From: Hydrolagus colliei
Lineage: Eukaryota
Length of the DNA: 64,000 nucleotides
Direction: 5' to 3'
Assembly (NCBI GenBank): GCA_035084275.1
Contig: CM068750.1
Span: 5,580,001-5,644,000 of the forward strand
In this document: one piece after another, positions 1 to 11,829 of the stretch
How the letters are laid out: each line of letters begins with the position of its first letter
Position numbering within the stretch: the stretch's first letter is position 1
The notes under the pieces: generated by a model
The model's input: the letters and a program-made list of their open reading frames with translations, nothing else
Told to the model about the DNA's origin: nothing
The model's database searches: none
Program-made: the position numbers and the translations under genes

Positions 1-170
1 AGACCTCATGAAGAGATATTCAGAATTACAAACTCTAACACGCCACCCATTAACTAAGGCACTGTGGCTTTGCAGAAAAGTAATAAAATTAGTGATCTTT
101 CCCTTACATCCCATTATATGCAAGTAATGAAAAGATCACTTTGAAGATCACCATTTATAATAATCGGCTT

Positions 171-1772
171 GTGATAAAATTATTTCTAGTGCTTCTTGCT
201 TGTCATAGGAGTCAATGGAAGAATGAATGATACAGCAATTGTCCAGTTTGTGGGTGGGATTGTGACCCTTCAGAAGAAAAGGGATCTGTATATTGTTGTT
301 GCAATGTTGTGGGAATTGGCCTCATCGGAATAGACAAGTGTCAATCAAATTCTTCAAAGAGCATCAAAATCAGCAGTGGCTACCCTTTCTCCTTTTCAAA
401 TGTTATGTTTGATTCCCATTTGTACAGGAGTGAAATTCAATTTAATTTAACATTAGACTGACAGGCTTACTCCAATTTTTGCTGCCACCGTGGTTATATA
501 AATGAATAAATCAAAATTGTTGGAAGATTTTGAGGTTTGGGGAATACAAGTAGAAGAAATGAAATGCAACATTCTTTTTTGATTCTACTGGTCAGTTTCT
601 AACACAGGAGGCGAACTAAAACTCACCTTACTTACAGGATGATATGGTATAAGCTATGTTTCAATGCCAGAAACAAGTTTAGACTACCAATGGAAAGAAG
701 TTAATGAATAGCAGATTATGGTCGTGACATTTGGCAAAGGCTAAAAGCCTAAAGAAGAGAGTACTCTTAGTCACGATGACATTATGGGCAATATACAATA
801 ATTTATGAAATATTAATGACCTAGCAATAGTACTAAAAGCACAAATGAATCTGATAGAGAAATAATGTAACATTTTCCTGTTATGTATGCAAAGGGTACT
901 ATGATCTCTATTAAAATGGACAGGATCTATAATGTTCACCGTCTTGGAGGGAGTGCTCTTCAGAGCTTGATTCCTTTCATGAAACAACAGACAAGGCATT
1001 TCATTTATTGGAGGAGCCACAGCAGCAGAAATGACTTTAGCAGAAAGAAGCACAGCTGCTGAATTGAATCGATGAATGGACATAGAGGAGATATAGTGAA
1101 GAGTTTCTGAGAAAGTTTCACACGTTCAACACATGAATGAAGGCCAGCTCTGCGCCATTTACCAATCAGAGGATCCACTACACTGTGACTTATAAACTTC
1201 AATGAATTTAAGCGAATACTGTTCAAATACTGGAATTGTTCAGAAGTGGTGTTTCCGAATTCTATTACTCAATTACATGATTAAAAGACTAGGGTATTTT
1301 AGTTGGATGTAAATGGTTTAAAATACTGCAGACCTGTATGGAATTACCAAGAGGAGCTTCTTGGTGATATTTCAACCCCTTGCAGAACCTACTTCGCTGA
1401 GTAGATCTATATAGTTTCCTATTTATTTGGTTCATACAAGTCACAAAGCATATTGGAGCCTTTGAATCATAGCTGACAAGAGACCAGTGCTTCAGAAGAG
1501 AGAAAGTTGTGGATTTTTAAAAATGAGTGTAAATTATAGTGCTTTGACATATGTGAAATTTTAATGGATTTATTCAACCAGATAATCCATTTCTATCAAC
1601 AGCAAATTCCTCATAGATTAAAGTTTATGGGCATTGAGTAATCTACTGCTATGGTTAGGGCAACATAACAAGAATGGTTCAATTCTGTTCCTTATTCTGT
1701 TCCGTGCTCAAGTGTGGTCCTAGGTGGTTTAAAATAATTTTGCTGGTGGTTATAGAATCAATACTGCAATAA
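171..1772 (+). pseudogene. Degraded viral envelope/fusion-glycoprotein-like sequence (putative endogenous viral element, paramyxo/pneumovirus F-like)
   Basis: Manual translation. Signal-peptide-like IKLFLVLL/LVIGVNG (~174-219). Cys-rich NCPVCGWDCDPSEEKGSVYCCCN with NSS/NLT sequons (frame +3). Frame +2 from 980 reads *NNRQGISFIGGATAAEMTLAERSTAAELNR*MDIEEI**RVSEKVSHVQHMNEGQLCAIYQSEDPLHCDL*TSMNLSEYCSN. Frame +1 has LLGDISTPC (~1357-1383). Hydrophobic WFKIILLVVI at 1725-1754. Many stops and frameshifts. Confidence 0.45.
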
Positions 1773-3187
1773 ACAAGAGCCACAAGTCTCTGAAATTGAA
1801 ATTTGCTTCACACTAAAACTAATATTCGAGTGAGGTTTTGAGGTGACAATGTACTAAAAACACATTGCACACACTGAAGTGGTGCTAACCTTTGTGGGCA
1901 TAGAGTCACTGATGATTAAGTAACCTGGTACATCTTTAGGAAATACTCTTCATTCCTCTAAATCTAATCTGTGATGTCTCCAAAGCAGGAACAACAAGAA
2001 CTCCACACCCAATTGTCATTGGTTAAGTCCCATTGAAGAAAAACGGCAGTTTATCTGGTTCGAGCACCGTGTGAATTTACAGCTTGGTTTGCGAATTTAC
2101 AGTGAAGACTTCAATATTCCAGAAATGAAGGCTAAAATAATCCTTGTGCCCTTGGGAGTGATGAAATGTTCTTAATTGGTGCTAAGCTTGGCGTAGACAA
2201 ACTGGGAACTGTGAGGGAACCAAAGCACTGTACTAATAAGCACCAGTTGCATAAGTATGATTTTAATACTATAATAAATATATGTTTAATATTAAAATAA
2301 ACGTATGTATAATAAATGTATGTTTATTATACACACATGTTTATTATACTATTATAATGATAACGTAATGTTTGAGGAGCTTAATTACTGCAATCGTCCT
2401 GTTTATCTTCAATCTCACATTGTGTGAACTGGGAACTTCCCACAAACCCTAGGCACAGAGTCGGGTGTTTTCCTCCGGCCTGACTCCACTCGGAGGGTTA
2501 ATCTTGTCTGACCCAGAGTGACAGGAAAATGAAACTGTAGTATTTTGGAGTCTGTGTGCGCAGCCAAGTAAAGGTCATTTGGATTTTATTTTAACATTAT
2601 TGCTTGGAGTGGTCGGTGCAGCCTTGAGTGACAATGCAATTGATATTTTGCTCAGAGGCTGGCTGACCCGATCAGTGAAGGAATCATACTGTAATGTTAT
2701 ATTATGTGTTATATCCTTACATTCTACATCTAGCAGTGTTTAGAGATTTTCATCAACAATACCGAATGATAAAGCTGGCTAGCATAGTATTTGTTTACTG
2801 CGCCAAAGCTTTTTCTATTAAAACTGGAAATCTCAATGCTATTGTAAGTGTTCCTTTATCCTCAGAACTCCCCCATTATTTCCCCGTAATTTTCTGAAGG
2901 TATTTTGAATGTACATTTCCTTAAAATCATATTTGATGAAAAATATGTATCGATGGATAATGAGAGGAAAAGTATTGTGTTGTTTCTGTTTATTTTAAGA
3001 TCCTTAAGGAGTGCAATGGTCTTTTCCAACCCCATGCATTCTGATGTGGCCTGTGATTGACTAACAGTGAAGTGATAGGTTAAAAAGGAGAATAAATAGT
3101 TCAAAAATTGCGAAAAGTAATCAGACAATAGAGATATGATGAAATAAAACGGAAAGAAAATCTCAAAATTGAAATTGCGTAACATTA

Positions 3188-3282
3188 AATAATCCTTACG
3201 ATTGATATAGAGCTTTTCCTTTGGGGGAATGTCTCAAAGCACTTCACCGCATATTCTGTAAAGTGTAATGATTGTATATTTT
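3188..3282 (-). mobile_element. 3' tail fragment of the major tRNA-derived SINE
   Basis: aataatcctt..gatatagagcttttc..gtctcaaagcacttcac..tgtaaagtg matches the tail of the full copies in this window. Confidence 0.75.
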
Positions 3283-4591
3283 CTAGTGAACATGCCGATT
3301 TGGACTGGAAGTTACTATATTTTACTTTAAGATCTATAATATTGACCTGCTTCTTCCACTGTCATTTGTCTGAATCAATGCCTTAAGTGTTAAAAATACA
3401 TTTATAAAGATATACATAGCATACCAGTCCCATCCACATGTATTTCACTTATTCACTATTACCGTTACACATGATTTAATGTATACGAATAACAGCACTG
3501 CCACCAACAGGGTGACTCAGTTAGAATAATTCGATGCAGTAACTAAGTTGCAAAAATAAAGATTCATTTCTGAAGTGGAGGAAACATTTTCTGACAAAAT
3601 TGCTACTCATGCACAGTGTTGCGTTCAGTACTGCATTTTATTTATCACTGTTGATAAAGCAAAACAATTACATCTTGGATATGCACTTTCCCTATTGCAT
3701 ACTATGAAATAAAACCGTGTATAAATGCATTGTAAATAATGCTCTTGAAGTAGCTTAACACAATCAAACATCTTTTGGTGTTCATTGAAAATACTTTCAT
3801 TGTAAATGGGTTACACTTTTAATCACAAAAATAAGAATAATCCTGCCTGGAGTTATTATAGCGTCTTTCACATCAGAACAACATCTCATTATGCTTCACA
3901 TGATATACAGTACTGCAAAATGTAGTGGCTGTGTATTTTCTAGACAGGTTCACTCCTTTCAATTGTAAACTTGAGTGAATATTGTACATGCACTAAAAAG
4001 CACAGTCAAGACAGGATCGTCTTAAGAGTTCAGAATACATTAATAATCTGCGAGAGCATCATTCTAGTCGTGTACAATGTCACCTGAAATGTTTCAAGCA
4101 ATAATCTTTATATAATTGTACTGTAATGTAGTGATTCATGAGGTATTTCATTGGGGATAAAACCAACCATCTTGTAGCCTTTAACTCATTTTCTATGCAA
4201 ATATATCTCACTCTTACATGTAACAAAGAGGCCTCAATTTTGCTCTCAATGACATGACATAATTTATCCTACCCATTTTGAGTCTACCTATGCATGGAGC
4301 ATTGCATTCATGGTTTATGGTATCATTTGAACCCTTAAATTCTGTAACTGCCTTACAATATGTTCCTTCCAACGTATTATTATGCATTGTACTCTGTGAT
4401 TTGTCATGAAACCATTATCACTGAGTTCTGGCAGAATGACAATTGAATAACTGCGGTTGTTGGGTCAGATTAAATGTTTTGTTGTTAGAGAGCCATTCAC
4501 CTTTGTTAATATTCTGAAATGAATTCATGAGTAATAATAAAAAATAAAGTTTGAGAAACAAGCTGTGGGGTCATCATGTTTATAATACAGT

Positions 4592-4883
4592 ATAATAATA
4601 ATACCCACATTTGATCGAGTGCTTTTCACGTCTTCTAGAAACTAGAAGAATATACTGTAAAGTGAATTGACTGTATATATGTGGGCGAAATGCAGCAGCC
4701 AATTGCACACAGCAGTGTCTCACAAACAGCTGTGGATTGGAATGGTCCATTTTTTTTTCGGAGGGATTATGATCGGGCGTGTGGAGTAAGGAAACTTGCC
4801 CAAAGTTTCACCGAGCATGGGATTGAGCCCAGGTCTCTCGCTTGCAAGGCTAGAGTGCTCTAACCACTGAGCTACAGGACTCC
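4592..4883 (-). mobile_element. Full-length tRNA-derived SINE (major family, L2-type tail; resembles elephant shark SINE2 family)
   Basis: Minus strand begins ggagtcctgtagctcagtggttagagc (A box), has a cttgcaa anticodon-like loop and B-box-like gggctcaatccc, and ends in (ATT)n; more than 10 homologous copies in the window. Confidence 0.92.
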
Positions 4884-4992
4884 ACAATATCACCATCAGT
4901 TCACAATATCACCATCAGCAACTCAGCCACAACACAATATCAATGTACATGTCTGATTACTTAAGCAAAGAGGATGATTACCAGGATCATTT

Positions 4993-5044
4993 CAGCATCT
5001 TGGGACATCCTTCCGACATGAAAGGCATAATACAATTTTGTTGT
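4993..5044 (+). mobile_element. L2 LINE 3' tail fragment
   Basis: cagcatcttgggacatccttccgacatgaaaggc...ttttgttgt matches the L2 end at 26975-27046. Confidence 0.75.
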
Positions 5045-5094
5045 AATTTTGTATTATTAGGGTCCAATCCTATTGATCTTGTTGGGTTAGTTCA

Positions 5095-5470
5095 AGCGCT
5101 GATGAAGACACCGGGGAAATTGACTTGGTGGAGTGTCTGAGGCGACCAATGTTCAGAAGCGGATTTGTTTTTTTTTGAGGGGGGCAACTATTCATTTGCA
5201 CTTTTCTGCCTCTTTCTCTCTGATATCTCCTTGTGTCATGCACCATATGCGGCTGCAAGAGCTGGCGTTTGACCTCTTCCCATTGTCAACGCTGCTGCGT
5301 AACTGGCCGCTGCAGCCATGCATGTGTAGCCTAAAGTAAGGTCCTCCAATTTTTCCTGTGAGGAGGTGCCTGGTCTCCGCTCTGCTCTTTCTGTTAACAA
5401 AGCTGAGAACCATGGCCTCAGGCAACCTTCCTGCCATTCCGCATTGCAATCAATCACCCTCCATGTTGCG
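5095..5470 (-). mobile_element. Degenerate RTE-like LINE 3' ORF remnant
   Basis: Minus-strand frames give GMAGRLPEAMVLS...QWEEVKR...NIGRLRHSTK, loosely matching the RTE C-terminal order RMxDxRLPKx..WExxA..IGLxSH; locally GC/CpG-richer. Confidence 0.35.
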
Positions 5471-8400
5471 ATGTATCATATTGAAATTGAGGACAAACTG
5501 ATGAGTAACAGGAGGAGATGGATTCAGATTCCGAGGAACTAATGAAACAGGAACACAGAGACCTAGGCGACAAGCAAAACTGATGTTACTTTATTTCCCC
5601 CAAGAAGGGAATTAACTGGCCCTGGTTAATCGGCAAAATGAACCTTCCAGCTCTTCTTTTCTCGTTGCACTGATACAGATCACATTGATAAATGAATGGA
5701 AAAATAAAAAGCCTTTTACTAGACACTGTGTCACGAGTGAAAACCTAACTGCGGTATCTGCAAAAAGTTCAAAAATTTAGCACTTTTGAATGATCCAGTG
5801 CCTTTGTTATTCGAAAACTTTAATATTTTTATTAGGTTATTTTGTAGATATATAAGCATTACAAGCACAAAATGCAAAGTGTGGATCAGCAAGTCAAGTG
5901 AATACACTTATCATCACTTAACATGTGGCCCATGAAGAATTTTATTCTGGGCACAGTTTGAAATTTGGGTTTGAAAGTCACCCAATTGTAAAGAGTGGAT
6001 CTCGGCTCAGATTTATCAATAATGTCTTACTGTATCAGAGCAATGTATGTTTTGTCAGTGAGCGGGAGGGGGAACTTGAAGCGCCCATCTTCAAATTGTA
6101 AATGGAACATATCTATATTGCTTTTATTGTTGCTATTTTATGCATCACAGAACATTTGATGGAAATAATGTAATGATTTCAAAAAGGTGCTTCTGAAGAT
6201 ACGCCGGCCAGATGCCAGAAGTGGATTATGCAATGTGACAATTATAATGTTTAGAATGCGGTCTATATTTTAGTGTCACATTCGACATATGTCACTTTTC
6301 ATGCGTTTTACAAAGGCTTCATTAAATAATGCGTTTCACTTGACGAAACCTGGATTTCCATTTCTGTCGTCCGAGAGTTTAAACGGAGTCGGCGGATTGA
6401 TGTCAGGTGTCAATTAAATGCATTCATTTTAGAAAGATTCTCAAAACAACTTCTGTGACAAATTGTACGGTTTGACGGTACAAAGGAGGAACCTGGTAAA
6501 CGAACTGTAAGCAAAGCCTTAAAAAGTATTTGGCAGATTAGATGCAGCAATTGCTTGCATTCCACTTTTGTTTCGATTGGTGTTGTATTTCTTATTTACG
6601 AGAACCCTTTTAAAAGTAGCAATGCAACAAATGGGTCCTCAGTGGGAGAAAATAAATATGGATGATTCAATTTACTGTACACTACAGAGACAAAGTGCCT
6701 TCCTCAGTGATGTGTGGCGATTGTTATCATATTTATTGTCGGCATTACAAACAGAACCACGTATGGTGATGCATTTTTAGTATTTCACCCGGATAAAGTC
6801 ATCAATAACTTCTACCAGTATTTTTTTTTGCCAGGCTGAGACCTCGACAGACGGCCAGCCAGCCTCAGCAAACTGCTAGGACCAAGTTTGAGTGCTAAAG
6901 GGATGGTGTAGTCGGCTAGTGCTATAATTCATCTGTAAAATCCTAGCCTTGCTGCACCGGGACTTCAGCTGGAGACAAATCACCATCAGAGAGCTAGAGA
7001 AATTACCAGTGGCAGCCGGTATAAAACATTTACTACCTTATCATCTGGATTTAATTCATTTTCACCATGATTGAAGTGCAAAATGAAATAAAATATACTT
7101 TTTTATTGCTGGATGGCTTATCCACCAAGACAGCATGGCCTGTGTTTAGCACCTAGGGCTCTGTAAGTCACAGTCGTATGGGTTTTAGAGGGACTGCAGA
7201 TCTAAAGTGCAGATTAGTTTTATTCTTCCCAGAGTTACAAGATAATATTTCAATGGAAGTAACCGAGGAGCGTCAGTTGTTCCTTCAATGCGTTTGTGAC
7301 TGATTGAAACCATGGCGGAGGAGAAGATTGCTTCTAGTTCCTCGCTATTTGCTTTTGTGCCGGCAAACAGATGGAAGTTATTTTCAGAGGAAAAATATGC
7401 ATCATTATTGTAAAGTCCACAGCAGCATATGTGCACCCTACTAACTGCGTGTTTGACTTCACAAAGTCGAGCCCTGCTTGGTGAATTGGTATTGTTCATA
7501 GCTTTGCATAAGGTAAACGAACAAATCTGGACTCGTGTTCCCACTTAAGCAAGGCTCGAGAAACCAGTCAATCAGCCCTCAGCTCTCACTAAGAGCTTAA
7601 AAGTGAAATGAAGAAATCAAATAGATCCTCAAATGCATTTTGGACATCACTGTAGCACAGAGAGTGCTTATAGCATAATGTCTATTGAATATTTCTGGTT
7701 TTATTTATATTTTTATATCGACAATGTTTGATTTTTGCAATCTCAAAACACCCTTGGACTCCTTCTCAAGGGGATTTAGTTTTTTTAGTGAGGCCTCAAA
7801 TCACTCACTGCTAAGCTGGTTCCTGTCCATCTGTTTAGTTGAAATACTTCCATATTAAAAGGGGAGCATTCTTGTCTCTCTTACAAGATAGTCAGTAAAT
7901 AGGAGTGGACAGTGATTTAATTGGTTCCATGTTGTGACATTATTGCAACACTGATCATGTTCTGACATGAAAAATGTTTTCAGTTTGAAGCTAATTTGAA
8001 TGAAAAATTAAATGTGAATGATTGTGCTGTGTAGATGCATCATCTGCCACTGCACTGGTTCCTCGCTGGTTGGGGTAGGAAGCAGCTGTGATCACAAGAG
8101 ATCACAAGAGAGGGATGGATTGCAAAAGCCATTTGACCTCATCCTTCCAGAATGTGATCAAATGTTAGACTTACACTCAATGCCGAAAATAATATGCAAT
8201 TTAACATGATCATAAGGAGCAACACATGGTTTGTATAAAAAAGTATACTTTGCAGATCACAACATAATTGTATCATTGCATCATAGATGTTAAACACTAC
8301 ACTGCTACCTGTGATTAAGCAATAATTTAGTTTATTATTATTATTAAATGACAAAAGAGTTAAAATGCAGTTTTACTTATTCTCTGTGAAACAAAGAGTT

Positions 8401-8699
8401 GACCTTGAATTGTTTGTTAATGCGAAAAACAACGACTTGCATTTATATATTATTTATACAGTCACTCACACTTGAGTGTGGTAGAATATTAATTATTATT
8501 ATTGTTAACACTAATACTGGAAATTCCATGTGCAATAATAAGCTGACTACCAAATAACGCAGGAAGGACCGAAGGTTTTTTTTTGTTTCCAATTATTTTT
8601 TCATCCTTCCCTCTTGAATGTCTCAGTCCTTCTGAAGATTTAGTCCCTGGGAGCTGAATGCCATCTAGTCCCTCAAGCAAATCGCCATACCTGCATTTC

Positions 8700-8850
8700 C
8701 ACCAAGGGAGTCATTCTGGCCAAGCGTTCTGTCTTAACCAGTGTCCACACACAAAGTACTTTCTTGCAAGAGTGACTGGATAGCAATCATGAGCAGGCAC
8801 ATTGATTGATTTTCGCTCTACCCAAGCACAGAGCAATTTGCATTCCATTC
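8700..8850 (-). mobile_element. Old AmnSINE2/Nin-domain-like SINE fragment
   Basis: gtgactggatagcaatcatgagcagg...tgattttcgctct is the reverse complement of the motif class at 17625-17740; family name assigned from recalled consensus. Confidence 0.5.
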
Positions 8851-10289
8851 CGAATACATTTTCAGGGTTATTCTCATTTATTTTTTGCCTAAAATATGAT
8901 GTGCTCATTTCGAATTACGATATCCAACTAGTGAAGGGCAAAATGCCCCACCTCACCCAACCCTACCTCACCAAGTGGGTGGCAATTAACCAAAGTTCGC
9001 CAAGAGCACTTAAGCATGAAGACTTCTCTCTTAGAGGAAAGATGGGGGAAGGGGGGGGGTGGGGGGGGAAGCATTTGCCTAAAATTGTTATCTGAAAACT
9101 GGAGCAAATTATTCAGGCCAAAAGATTCAACCGTATTGAAATTCAACAAGCGGTTTAGCGCAAACCTGGACCTACATGGTGCAAAATGTCACCGTAAGAA
9201 CAATTGTCACAGCTGTAAATTGTAGCCACTCTCCATGGAGTGCACAATATTCATCTCTTTAAGTGATTTCCGTGCTTTGGTTTATTTAAATAAATCTGAT
9301 TTTGATAGATAAATGACAGACCCAGCCAAGCATCCATCTACCTCAGCGTGCACTCAGAGATTGGAGTGACTTTCTGTTTACTTGCAACAAATCATTCGTT
9401 ATGTCCCATTCATTGCATAAATTGTTATTGAGCTTGCATGAGTACGCAGTGCCTGTCAATCCTCTAATGCTTAAAGAAAAATAACCCTACCACTGGGAAT
9501 CATTTCTTAAAAGTAATCACTGGCATTATCATTACAGTTCAAAAGAAAACAACTCAAATGCCTTTTTTACGACAGGAAATGCCATGACACAGGTCCCAGT
9601 GATGGTGGGGGTTAGACCACATTCACACTGGTGTCTTTCAGCATTCAGTTTGTTTCACATGTACTCATTGTTTCACATGTACTCCCTGACACAGTAATGT
9701 TGTGACCAAAAGTGTGGGCCAATGTATGCATTTTTATGACCCTGTGATGCACGCACAGTATCACACATAATACACACATACTCCCCACTAAAGAACTACT
9801 CTATAAATGAATCAAGGCTGTACATGTTCCAGCGTTCATTTTCAGAGTACCCTGACAATTGTTCATAAAGCCATGTTTATGTTTTCTTTGCAGATAAAAT
9901 ATTTCCCAGCATATTTTAATAAATGATAATACAGTAATCTGCATCATTGAACCGGGAATGTTAACGGACGTGAAATCGATGACATACAAGCATAATCGTG
10001 CTCGTCTGCCATTGAAATACACTTTTAGCTACTTGTCATCACTGCAAAAGAACAGTTTAACTTCTGAGATAAAACAACCACACACATTTACTTGTAAATG
10101 TGACGCATAAATCTAACCTCGTGCACAACGCAGAAGCAGTTAAGACTGCAGCCTCTTACTTTTGCAACTGTCATTTATTTTTATTATAATTTGGAGTTAT
10201 TGAATGCCGATGGCTGATACAGTTGCAATGATAGCACTATGGCCAGGTAATCAGAGGTTGGAAAGTTGTAGAATGAAGGATGATTTTTG

Positions 10290-10935
10290 TACGCCTTTTT
10301 ATGCCACAAAAACATTAAACATGTCATTGAAAAATCCTTCGCTCGATGGTAGGCTCCAGACAACAATCAATGTATGGTCATGTAATTTGGCTGTGGACCT
10401 CTGACCTATAGTAAATGGATGTTTCTCAGAATGGCTCAATGTAGTTAGTGACATACCCAAGGGATCCGGGCAGGGATCTTTATTATTTTCCATCTATATT
10501 AATGATTTGGAAATGGTCAAAAAGGTGAATGAGGTCTAAATATTCTGATGATTCTAAATTACAGAGTATCGGCAGACTGTGGGGAAGAATCAAGAACATG
10601 CAGTAGATATAAACTGTGTAGTAGAATGGGCAAATGGGTGGCACATGAAGATTAATGTTACAAAATGTTAAGTTGATATTTTACAACAACAACAAAATTA
10701 CATTTAAAGAGCACCTTTCATGCTGGGCGGACATCCGAAGATGCTGATTCTAAATCATGATTCTAAATTTTAGTGGAAAAGAACAAAGAAAGAAGGTGTT
10801 GTATACCCTAAATAGTAAGCAAGGCTCATAATGATATTGAGGAACAGTGAGATCTAGGAGTACGGTGAGATACAGGAGTCAAAATACAGTGTGTGATAAT
10901 TATCAGATTGTGGGCCATTCCCACACTAGAAACAA
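10290..10935 (+). mobile_element. Decayed CR1 LINE reverse-transcriptase fragment, interrupted by an L2 tail
   Basis: VNGCFSEWLNVVSDIPKGSGQGSLLFSIYINDL...YSDDSKL...EWANGWHMKINVTKC, then EEQ*DLGV; these correspond to the CR1 motifs SGVPQGSVLGP, FADD, WQMxFN and EERDLGV. Confidence 0.85.
10683..10746 (-). mobile_element. L2 3' tail inserted in CR1
   Basis: (caa)n aaattacattt..agcacctttca..gggcggacatcc. Confidence 0.8.
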
Positions 10936-11469
10936 TCCAGTTGATAACTTCAACACAGGAATACCTCCGCTGACTTTCTTCAAATGGTTTTGCCCAAATG
11001 CTATTTGGCTAATGTTATTGGTAGCCCTTTGTTCCTGTGCCCAGGATTTCAGGGTGAAATCAGGAACTTTAACACAACCTTAATAGGCAGTTTTTTTTTG
11101 TGTGTGTGGTAAGGTGGGAGCAGGTTCATACTCACAGCTAGTTTTTAATTGTCAACTGGATAATATTTTTAAAACAGATTTGGTAAAACATTGAATCAGT
11201 TAAGAATTGTATTTCACTCTATTCTTTGATTTGTGCGGAAATAGATTTCTCTTCCGACTACCCTCAGCTGTACCGATGTGATTGTGTTTGATGCTTATAC
11301 TGAATGCAAAAGTGCTTCATTATGAAGAGTGAAAAGATACCTTACATTGACAAGCACAGAGTTCACCTCCATAGATGGAGGGAGGGTTGAGGTTTTCATC
11401 TTGTAGTAATGTGTTTGATCTAACCCTGGAATTTGTGGTACGAGCGCTAAGATGGGGGGAAGGTTATCC

Positions 11470-11557
11470 AGGTTTTCTGTAAGTGTTTAAAATGAAGATA
11501 GATACTTGTGTAGTCAATGTATCTGTGGATATGGAGAAATGTGGGTAAATGGGATTA
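11470..11557 (+). mobile_element. CR1 3'-end fragment
   Basis: gtgtttaaaatgaagatagatac...ggatatggagaaatgtgggtaaatggg resembles the CR1 ORF2 end and 3'UTR. Confidence 0.5.
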
Positions 11558-11571
11558 AACATCAATCAATC

Positions 11572-11628
11572 AATCCAAATTACATTTATATAGCGCCTTT
11601 CACGTCGGGAGGACGTCCCAAGGCACTC
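11572..11628 (-). mobile_element. L2 3' tail (well preserved)
   Basis: aaattacatttatatagcgcctttcacgtcgggaggacgtcccaaggc with CpGs intact. Confidence 0.85.
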
Positions 11629-11792
11629 AAATCACAAAGAGATGCCGTGAAATGAAACAATGAGGCACAAGCTCTACTCCCAATACTTTCCATATGTTTT
11701 ACCCCGTTAGTCTGGTGGGAGTGGGTACAAAGTTCAATTCAAAACCAGTGTCTATTCATCAGAAGGTGCATTACATTGTTTCTCAAACACGT

Positions 11793-11829
11793 AATCAGTC
11801 ATCAGTGCAGAACCCAATGATCAGAACCC
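11793..11829 (+). repeat. 37-bp direct repeat, copy 1
   Basis: aatcagtcatcagtgcagaacccaatgatcagaaccc is identical to 13374-13410. Confidence 0.95.

Noticed and set aside
679-1083. 134-aa minus-strand ORF
   Set aside because: No recognisable domain; it is the antisense shadow of the A-rich plus-strand viral-like relic.
1773-2700. 3' LTR downstream of the env-like relic
   Set aside because: No clear polypurine tract, TG...CA boundaries or second LTR copy in the window.
4810-4883. tRNA-Ala-like gene (also at ~13590, 17140, 18850, 20725, 29402)
   Set aside because: A and B boxes are present but are followed by the SINE body and tail, with no intact acceptor stem; these are SINE heads.
9043-9068. 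G-run/G-quadruplex tracts (also ~42034 and ~49865)
   Set aside because: Simple G-rich runs are common in such genomes and nothing supports a function.
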